Origin: Lama glama
Lineage: Eukaryota
Direction of reading: 5' to 3'
Assembly: GCA_028534125.1 (NCBI GenBank)
Contig: CM052849.1
Location: 1,674,001-1,738,000, forward strand
DNA length: 64,000 nt
A model generated the notes under the pieces. The model had not been told where the DNA came from and made no database searches. It saw only the letters and a program-made list of their open reading frames with translations. The translations under genes were made by a program, and so were the position numbers. Of this stretch, positions 1 to 10,622 are shown piece by piece; the first letter of the stretch is position 1; the number at the start of each line of letters is the position of its first letter.

Positions 1-51
1 GCGGACATCCGCGGCGCCCCGTCGCTGCTCCCTATTGCTGGATCCTCCTGA

Positions 52-2393
<2,342 letters not shown>

Positions 2394-2516
2394 AGTCTGT
2401 GAGCTGGCAGCCCCTTCCAGAGATGCCTCCTGGCAGTGAGAGCCTGGTAGACACCCCCACCTGTTCTGTGCAGCCATGCCTGTGAACTCACGGTCCTCTT
2501 CCCCATCATCATGACA

Positions 2517-2522
2517 AATAAA
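2517..2522 (+). terminator. DDT polyadenylation signal AATAAA
   Basis: Canonical hexamer about 125 nt after the stop, followed by T/GT-rich sequence. Confidence 0.85.
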
Positions 2523-4379
2523 TGAAGACAGCTTTGTCTTTCAAACATAACTTCTTTACCTCCCTTTTACCCTCCCTGTCATTCTGGGGTACCCTGGGCA
2601 GCAGGGCTGCTTTAGGAGGTGGGGACCTTCGGGAACCTGGGAGGTGGGATGTTTCTGTCTCAGGGCCACCGTTTCTACATCTTGTATTTCGGCTGCTCAA
2701 GCCTGAGGGTGGAGAGCTCAGCTTGGAGGCCCTGTCCTCCATGTCCAAGTTCAGCCTGGTGGGGAGGGGCTGGCAGTTGGTCCAGCCTGGGCCTTCCTGC
2801 AGACTCTGCTGACCAGATGTTCCTGACCTCAGCCTAGACAGCTCCCTGCCCATGGACTCCTGTGCCCAGCAGGGGAGCAGGGCAAGCTGGACTTCAGGGA
2901 CCTTCCCTGAGCGTTGCCAAACTCCATCTCCTCCCATGTGTCTAGCTGAGAATTCTCTGTAGCTGTGCGACTTGTAAAATTCATATCCCAGAAGGGCAAA
3001 CTTGGAAATGCAATGTCTGCCTCTGGAAGTGGAATGAATGAGACCGCCCCCCCAACCTAAAGACCGTATCATGCTTTCACATTTCAGAGGATATACAGGT
3101 GAGGTGGGGAGGACCCAAAGGAAGTCTCCTTTTCAGTTTCCTTCCAGATGCAGTTTACATCTCTCAGATGCTGTGCTTCCCTGCAGTGAAAGCCTCGATC
3201 ATCCCATCCGTGTTCACCAATGAAATACCAAACTGAGATTTTCAGGCTGTGCAGTCCACCTAGTTAATAAGTTAGTTTTCAAAGGAATGTTCCTGTGCGT
3301 GCTCTGTTTGTATCTGACTGCAACCGAGGACTCACTAAAAGCTAGAGCTTGGAGTTCCTTCCCCTGGCTCCCTGTCCTATTTCTGTACTCATTCCTTCTG
3401 CTTCCCAAAGGGGCTCAGGGAATGTTTATGCGTTGAATATAAATGAAGAGTTGAAGTGCCCAAGAAGGGATTCAGGACTATAAGGTGACAGCCTCCAATG
3501 TGGTCTCCCCAACTTCAGTCACTCATCCGTGCTCTAGTGAGTGATGTCATGTTTGGTGTGAGGACTGGCCCCTCTGCCCACTCGGGCATTATGTCTCCCT
3601 GTTGTGGCCTCGAGCTTTGCCCCCTGGTAAGACGGTACTGCAGGAGGCTCCCACAAGGCCCGCACTGTTTTTTGCAGTGTTTCCCGACTGTAAATCCTTC
3701 CCGCACAACACCCTGCTGCTTGGCCCTCCTTCCCCATCTTTTTTCTACCTTCACTCCAGAGCACCTTTAAAGACACAACTCAGGGGCGGGAGCTGCATCC
3801 AAGGCTGCAAGTCTGCAATCACGAAACTTCAAAATCATCTGTCTATGCTGTTCACCTCCCTCCCCCACCCGGTTTTCTCCCTTCAAAATCAAGGTTGGTG
3901 ACAATTAGTTTTGTACCTTATGGTATATCATTAAAGCTTTGCTGTACTGAAATGAGTCTACAAGTTCTTCACCAAGATTTTACAATCCTTAAGTAAAGAG
4001 AAAGCCATAACATTCGTTCTTATTTAAATCATCCTGCTGAACTCAAGCACTATGAACTTCAACCAGTGGGACCCCTTCCCTAAAACGCTTGGCTCCCAAG
4101 ATCGTACGTAACCTGTCAGTCTCAGGCAGTTGTCAGAAACCCTTGAACGCTGGACCCTCTTTCCGCCTCTGAAATTGTTACTCCCTCCTCGGCCCATTTA
4201 TCCCTCTCCACCCTCCGCTCGTTTTCTTTTACTTCAATAGTTAATTGTATCTGTGCCTTTGGGGCTTCAAATCCTTTTCGGAAAGAGGTGAGGCACGGGT
4301 AACAGGGGTGAGAATGCTCTTCCTCCGCTGGTTCCTTCCAGGTTTCCCCAGTTTCCCACCGCCCTCAGAGCACCTGTCG

Positions 4380-5200
4380 CAGGTTGTAACAACAGTGCGG
4401 CCCGTCACTTGGCGGCTGCTCGGGGCAGGCCCAGGCTCGGCTTCCCAGGTGCAACAGGCGGTGGGGCGGCGGGCCCGCAGCCGCGATCTCGCGGAGGTGC
4501 CAGGCCTCCCGTTGGTCCCGCGCGCCGGCTCGGCGGGACGCCGCGTGCGCGCTCGCCGATTGGTTGGCGGAGCCGGCACCGGAGCCAATGGGGGCGCGCC
4601 TTGTTGTCAGGCGCGCCGCCGGCCGGCGCGGGGTCGAACCGACGGGCCGTTGCCGTGGAGACGTCCGGTGAGTTCACGGGCTGCGGGGTCGGGGCAGCCC
4701 TCGGGTCGGGGCGCGGTTCCGCGGGGCCCGAGGGGCCGGGGCCTGAGGGGCGCTGGGCGCGGGGACTCCAAGGCGGGGAACCGAGCGGCGGGCCCGGGCC
4801 CGGCTACCGCGCGGGCCTACCGCCGGCTCCCGCCTCGCTCGGGGGGCCTGGGAAGGGCTCCGCCCTGGCGAGGGGGTTTCTGTGACTGCGCGGGAGCCGC
4901 TGTCCAGCCTGAGGCTGTGGGTGCGGAGCCCGGCGCTCGCCCGTTGCTCCCGTCCTTCCGCTTCATCTTCACGGCAGCGCCGGCGGTGAGTGCGCGGGTA
5001 GCGCCCCTCACAGGGCGGAGATGAAGCCGAGGGGACTCGCTTGTCCCAAGTCCCCAGCTCTCCCGAGGGCCGGGCGACTCCGACCGAGAGCCCTGACCGC
5101 GCTGCCTCCCGGCGCAGGCGGACGCTGGCCAGGTGGAATCTCCCGGTGTCTGCAGCGCCTCTTTGGGTTGGGGGCCCCACTCTCTGGGGTCAGCTTACTT
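4380..5200. promoter_or_regulatory. CABIN1 CpG-island promoter
   Basis: Very high CpG/GC density; CCAAT boxes at 4559-4563 (ATTGG) and 4585-4589; RFX X-box-like GTTGCCGTGGAGAC at 4649-4662. Confidence 0.88.
4600..4667 (+). other. CABIN1: CABIN1 non-coding exon 1 (5' end approximate)
   Basis: Ends GGAGACGTCCG followed by consensus donor GTGAGT at 4668, inside the CpG island downstream of the CCAAT boxes. Confidence 0.7.
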
Positions 5201-5399
5201 CAGGGCGTGCTGTGTATGCGGGTTCTGTGCTACCTGGGGCCGGGGTTGGACCCGAAATAAACTCAGAGTTCAGGTTCAGGGGTCGGCAAACTTTTGTTGT
5301 AAATACAGTGGCTTTCATAATATTATTATCATGCCCTGTGACTATAATAAGTCTAATTATACTTAGTGTAAGTTTTTGGGGGCCGTACTTTGTCTGCTT

Positions 5400-5872
5400 A
5401 GCTCCGAATGAAAGTGGGGAGAGGGGGCATCCTGGTCTTGTTTCTGATCTTAGAGGAAATGCTTCCAGCTTTTCATCATTGACGATAATGTCAGCTGTGG
5501 GTTTGTCACATACGGCCTTTATTAAGTTCCCTCTGTGCCCACTTTCTGGGGAGTTTTTATCGTAAATGGATGTTATCGGAAGCCTTTTCTGCAATTATTG
5601 AGATGATCATACGGTTTTTTTCCTCTTTTTTTTTATTTTTATGAGGGGGAGGTAATTGGGTTTACTTATATTTGGAGGATTGAACCCAGGACCTCGTGCA
5701 TGCTAAGCATGCACTTTACCACTTGAGCTATACCCTCCCTCCATTTATCCCCCCTGCCGCCCCGGTTTTTATTCTTCAGTTTGTTAATATGATGTATCAC
5801 ATTGATTGATTTGCGGATATTGAAAGATCCTGGGATAAATCCCACCTGTTCATGGTGTGTGATCTTTTTAAT
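5400..5872 (-). mobile_element. LINE-1 ORF2 (reverse transcriptase) fragment
   Basis: Minus-strand translation IKAVCDKPTADIIVNDEKLEAFPLRSETRPGCPLSPL matches the L1 RT segment KAIYDKPTANIILNGEKL..FPL..GTRQGCPLSPL. Confidence 0.9.
5620..5740 (-). mobile_element. Vic-1-type tRNA-derived camelid SINE
   Basis: Reverse complement GGGAGGGTATAGCTCAAGTGGTAAAGTGCATGCTTAGCATGCACGAGGTCCTGGGTTCAATCC (A and B boxes), A-rich tail, TSD cggttttt at 5612 and 5763. Confidence 0.85.
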
Positions 5873-6009
5873 NNNNNNNNNNNNNNNNNNNNNNNNNNNN
5901 NNNNNNNNNNNNNNNNNNNNNNNNNNNNNNNNNNNNNNNNNNNNNNNNNNNNNNNNNNNNNNNNNNNNNNNNNNNNNNNNNNNNNNNNNNNNNNNNNNNN
6001 NNNNNNNNN
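5873..6009. other. Assembly gap (137 N)
   Basis: Run of N. Confidence 1.
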
Positions 6010-6704
6010 TCAGAAGTGTTGCTTTGTCTACTTAGCTCTGGTATTGTACTGAGAGTGGTGGTGTTGCAATACAGTATAGGGACACTATTTGAATTTTATG
6101 TTTTATGTAATTCTCACGTGTCACAAATATGAATTTCTTCAACCATTTAAAAATGTAAAAAGCTTTTTTTTTTTTTGCTCTTGGACTGTACAGAAACAGT
6201 GGGCTAGTTAGCTTGTGGACCCCTGGTCTAGTCCGAAGCCTCAGACAGTGGAGGAAACTGAGATCCAGAGAGGGGCATCTTTGGCCAAGTCAGTCACACA
6301 GCCGGGTAGTGCCCCAGCTGAGCTGGAGACCTAGGCTTCCCAACTCCCAGGGTAGGTGAGGAAACATCACCACTTATCACTGGATCAGCGCATGAGGTGT
6401 TTAGTGTGCTGCGGTTATGTGTCCTGAAAGCCACGGAAACCAGCCTCTATTAAAGAGTCTGGAAACTTGTTAGGTTTCACTCCTGGATGTGCTATTCTGA
6501 GAAAATGCAGCTGCTCTGCTGGGAGTCTGAGAAATGAGTACTGGATACTTTTTTTTCTCATCTTTATGCAAAAGCTGCTTGCTTTTTTACTATGTTTTTT
6601 AAAGCTCCTTTAAGTGGGGTTCTGAGGTCTGTGGTGAATAATATGGACATGGTCCTCATCCTCACGTTGCTTACAGATGATGAGTACATAATCTCAAGTG
6701 GTTA

Positions 6705-6836
6705 TTTCTTTTTGGGGGGCGAGGGTAACTAGGTTTGTTTATTTAATTATTTATTTATTAATGGAGGTACTGGGAATTGAACCGAGGACCTCATATATGC
6801 CAAGCAACTGCTTTACTGCTAAGCTATACCCTCCCC
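6705..6836 (-). mobile_element. Vic-1-type SINE
   Basis: gaggtactgggaattgaaccgaggacctc...aagctataccctcccc, homologous to the 5620-5740 copy. Confidence 0.85.
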
Positions 6837-6851
6837 ATCCTTCCACCTATC

Positions 6852-7190
6852 CCCTTTCTTTCTTTCTTTGTTTTTTTCTTTCTTCCTTTCTTTCTTTCTT
6901 TAGCATTCTTTTTCATTGAAGTATAGTCAGTTTCCAGTGTTGTGTCAATTTTTGCTGTACAGCATAATGTTTCAGTTATACATAAATATATATATATGTT
7001 GGTTTTCATATTCTTTTTCATTATAGGTTACTACAAGATATTGAATATAGTTCCCTGTGCTATACAGAAGAAACTTGTTTATCTATTTTATGTATAGTAG
7101 TTAGTATCTGCAAATTTTGAACTCCCAATTTATCCCTTCCCACCTCCCCTTACTCCCAGTAACCGTAAGTTTGTTCTCTATGTCAGTTCC
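6852..7190 (-). mobile_element. 5'-truncated LINE-1 3' end with (TTTC)n-like tail
   Basis: ttgaagtatagtcagt...ttataggttactacaagatattgaatatagttccctgtgctatacag, typical artiodactyl L1 3' UTR, preceded by a T-rich microsatellite. Confidence 0.75.
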
Positions 7191-7199
7191 CCCTTACCT

Positions 7200-8700
7200 C
7201 TTTTTAGAGTTTTCATTTTAAACTACTTTTAGATTTAGAGAAAAGTTGCAACAATAACACAGTAAGTGTCCATCTGTCTCTCACCCTGCTTCCCTAATGG
7301 TAGTATCTTGCATAATCCTGGTACAATTATCAAGGATGGGAAACTAATATTGATACAGTTATTATTAACTCAACTACATACCTGGTTGGAATTTTCACCA
7401 GGTTTTCCACTAGTGGTCTACTTTCATTCCAAGATCTCATAGTGCGTTTAGTCATTTCTCCTTAGTCTCCTCCTTAGTCCTGTACATTTCTTAGTCTTTT
7501 CTTACCTTCTTGGCCTCTCTCCTTTTGAAGAGTCCTAGTCAGTTACTTTGTCTGATATCCTTCGGTTTAGACTTGTCCATTGTTCTTTCGTGGTTGGGGC
7601 GAGGTTATGGGTTTCAGGCCTGAGTAACAGTGTGTCCTCAATGTGTTGTATCTAGTGGTCAAGATGTTGAGATGTTTTATTGCTGGTGATATTTCCTTTG
7701 ATCTCTCGGTTTAGTTGGTGTCTGCCAGCTTTCTACACTGAAAACTTGCTGTCTTTCCTTTCCAGTTAGTAAGTGTCTTTGGGGGAGATACTTTGAGAGG
7801 ATGCAAATCCTGGTTCTGGCAAATCTATACCCACTGACCTTAGACCGTCCATCTGTGGGTCTTTGTGGTGTTTGCCTGAAGATAATTATCTGTTTCTTTT
7901 TTTTTTCCCTATATTTATTAATTGAAATTCAGTTGAGGGAAGTGTTATCCCTTCTTGTTTATTTGGCTGTTTATCGTATTGGTGTGGATCCCAGGGTATT
8001 TGTTTTATTCTGTGAGTGGAAATCTAATATTACCATTATTTTCTTGCTTGTTGTTTGGCTCCGGCTATTTGGGGTCTCGTTTGCGTTTACTGCTGTGTCC
8101 TGTCAACAAACCCTCATCTTTTTTTTTCAGCGTTTACTTTCTGGCACCGCAAAAGGTTCCAGCCTACCGTGTATTTTCTCTGCCCCAGGCCTGGAATCAC
8201 AGTTCTTTTCTGTCTATAGTCATATGGTATCCAGTCAAGACACTGTTTTCCAAAGGCTAGTTCTTTTCCTCCTCATCCCCTGCAGTGTAGTTATGTTATT
8301 TGTAACTCAGCAGGTTCATTGATAATACTTGAATTCCATTTTGTGATCCCCCTAGATCCTGTTTGATTTAACAGCCACTTCCCATCACCCCTCCCCTAGC
8401 CTTAGGCAGCCACTGGTCGAACTCTGCCTTATCGATCTGCCTATTGTGGCCACTTCAGAGAAATAGAATCATACATCGTGTAGTCTGTGGCTACTACTTT
8501 CTCGTGCGTCGTGTTTTCATGGTTCATCTGTGTTGTCAGTGGTCCTTCGCTTTCATGGCTGAGTAATATTCCATTGTGTGGATATACCACATTTTATTCA
8601 TCCATTCATCTGTTGATTGACATTTGAGTTGTTCCTACTTTTTGGTTATTCTGCATAATAATGCTGTGAACATTCCCTCATTAATTTTGCAGCTACATAT
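7200..8700 (-). mobile_element. Old L1M (L1MC/L1MB-like) fragments
   Basis: AT-rich with L1 3' UTR motifs tttagatttagagaaaagttgca and gctgagtaatattccattgtgtggatataccacatttt. Confidence 0.65.
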
Positions 8701-9209
8701 TACGTTACTGTGTGGTGGTCACAGTGTCCATCATGGCATAATTTATGGTGAAGCGGCAATTCCCAGAGTTAATCACCAGCATTGTCTTTCCCTACATGGA
8801 TAACCCTGGAGATAAAATAGCTATCTGCCTAGGGGAGTCTTGAGTCTTCCTTGTCTGTGAACCTTCCTTGTGAGGACCTGTGGAGAACTCAGAGCCTGTG
8901 GCGGAAGCCCAGGCGTGAAGTCGTTGCTGTTGGCAGCGGTCGTGTTCATTGTATTTTATCCTAGTGTAGCACGTTTTCAGTCTGTCTGCCACAGCTCTTT
9001 TCCGCTGCCTGTGGGGCCCTTCCAGGACCTTTCCCAGCCTCTCAGGTAGGACTCTTTTGCTAATGCTGCCCCTCAGGCCAGAACCCCTGGTGTCCCCACA
9101 CCCATCTCCACCTTCTTCTGGGTGCCCAGTTCTGTGCGTTTGCCTCCGGGAATGTGTCCATCCCCACTGCCACTGCCCCAGTCAGGTCCTTGGCATCTCT
9201 TTGTTTAAT

Positions 9210-9595
9210 AACAGCGAGTAGTTCACACACCATACAGCTCATCTTTCTAGGTGATACAAGTCAGCAAGATTTACTGTGTTCATACAGTTGTGTAACCATC
9301 ACCACAGTTAGTTTTACAACACTTTCATCACCCTAGAAAGAAACCCTATACCTATTACTGATCACCCTCACCTTTCCCCACACCCCCATGTCAGGACTGT
9401 ATTCTGTTTTATGACTGAGTAATAATTGATTATAGGGACATACATCAGCAATGACATTTGATTTGCTTCCACTTTTACTCTGTCATGAGTAATGCTGCTG
9501 GGAACATTTGTGAACATGTTTTGATGTGGACGTGCTTTCCTTCACTGTAGGTAGAAACCTAGGAGTGGAATTTCTGTGTCAGATGTTCTGAGCAG
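9210..9595 (-). mobile_element. Old L1M 3' end fragment
   Basis: cagttgtgtaaccatcaccacag...acactttcatcaccc, aatgctgctgggaacatttgtg, acctaggagtggaatt. Confidence 0.65.
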
Positions 9596-9985
9596 CTGCT
9601 CCCCTTGTCACCCGGTCAGCAGTGTATGAGGTTCTGATTTCTCCCCCGTCACCTCGGTTGGCCATGTATGAAGTTCTGATTGCTCTTCTTGTCACCTACT
9701 TGGCAGTGTATGAGGTTCTGATTTCTCCCCCGTCACCTCGGTTGGTCATGTATGAGGTTCTGATTGCTCTTCTTATCACCTACTTGGCAGTGTGTGAGGT
9801 TCTGATTTTTCCCCTTGTCATCCTGGTCAGCAGTGTGTGAGGTTCTGATTTCTCCCCTTGTCACCCCACTTAGCAGTGTATGAGGTTCTGAATTCTCCAC
9901 TTGTCACCCGGACATCAGTGTATTTCTTCCCCTGTCACCCTGGTCGGCAGTGTATGAGGTTCTCATTTCCCCATGTCCTCACCCC
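9596..9985. repeat. Minisatellite, about 42-bp unit, about 9 copies
   Basis: Recurrent TGTATGAGGTTCTGATT...GTCACC...GGCAG; 14-aa periodicity in the ORF track (MYEVLI...). Confidence 0.95.
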
Positions 9986-10546
9986 TCCTATCACTTTTTG
10001 CAGATTTCGCACTGGTCTGCCTACCTCTATATTTTTTCCTCTATATTTCTGAACTTTCATTCTCCCGAAAGCTCACGGTGGTGCCCCTGTTGCCTGCGGA
10101 GGAGTGTTGCAGTTTGCTGGCCTGGCCCTGCATCCCCACAGCGCTGTCCGGTCCTCACTGAACACAGGGCTTCCTCCTTGGCCTCCCTCCGTCCCTTGGA
10201 ATGAATTGTTCTCCTCCAGCTTTTGATGTGGCCTTTCTTTCTCTTTACTTCATTCAGCTTTTGAAAAAGATAATCGTTTATAGATCTGTTACCCTAGGGA
10301 GCAGTGAGCCCTGGGGGAATGAGTTGGTCTCAGTCTTCTGGGTACCCGGAGCCTGGTGCCCTACCTGGAAGGGCACATGCTCTGTCCCATGGACTGAGGG
10401 CCTCCCTAGGTGACAAGCCGCATAGCCGTCCTGAGTCTCATTAGCCTGTATGCCCAGAGCCTGGAGGTCCGAGGGTTTGGAGATGGTTCCGGTGGCTTCC
10501 TGGCTCTTCCTGGGCCTTCTTTCAGCCTGTCCCATTTTCTCTCCAG

Positions 10547-10622
10547 GACACTTGTGGGCGGGTGCGCCCCCCAGTGATGGGCAGCGGTGCTGTGCTGTGC
10601 AGTGTGAAGCCCTCTGAGCATG
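10547..10622 (+). other. CABIN1: CABIN1 exon 2 (5' UTR plus ATG at 10620-10622)
   Basis: Acceptor cattttctctccAG; ends ...CTGAGCATG with donor GTGCGT; in-frame upstream TGA stops; supplies the Met for IRIAAL. Confidence 0.9.

Larger units (their letters stand above)
5277..6225 (+). mobile_element. MER58B-like hAT-Charlie DNA transposon, interrupted by an L1 insertion and a gap
   Basis: Left end CAGGGGTCGGCAAAC at 5277; right portion ttctcacgtgtcac...aaccatttaaaaatgtaaaa...gtacagaaacag...GACCCCTG at about 6060-6225. Confidence 0.7.

Noticed and set aside
2509-3072. 187-aa minus-strand ORF as a standalone gene
   Set aside because: No recognisable domain; only its last about 20 codons resemble DDTL, which is treated as a finding
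4241-5180. Long overlapping ORFs (up to 259 aa) on both strands
   Set aside because: Arg/Gly/Pro/Ala-rich by-products of a stop-poor CpG island
5670-5740. tRNA gene
   Set aside because: tRNA-like head followed by an A-rich tail and TSD, present in three diverged copies: a SINE
7801-8322. 173-aa hydrophobic ORF resembling a membrane protein
   Set aside because: T-rich antisense L1 relic biases codons towards Phe/Leu/Val
9596-9985. CRISPR-like array or repeat-protein ORF
   Set aside because: The 'spacers' are homologous to each other, the context is a mammalian intron and there are no cas genes; it is a minisatellite
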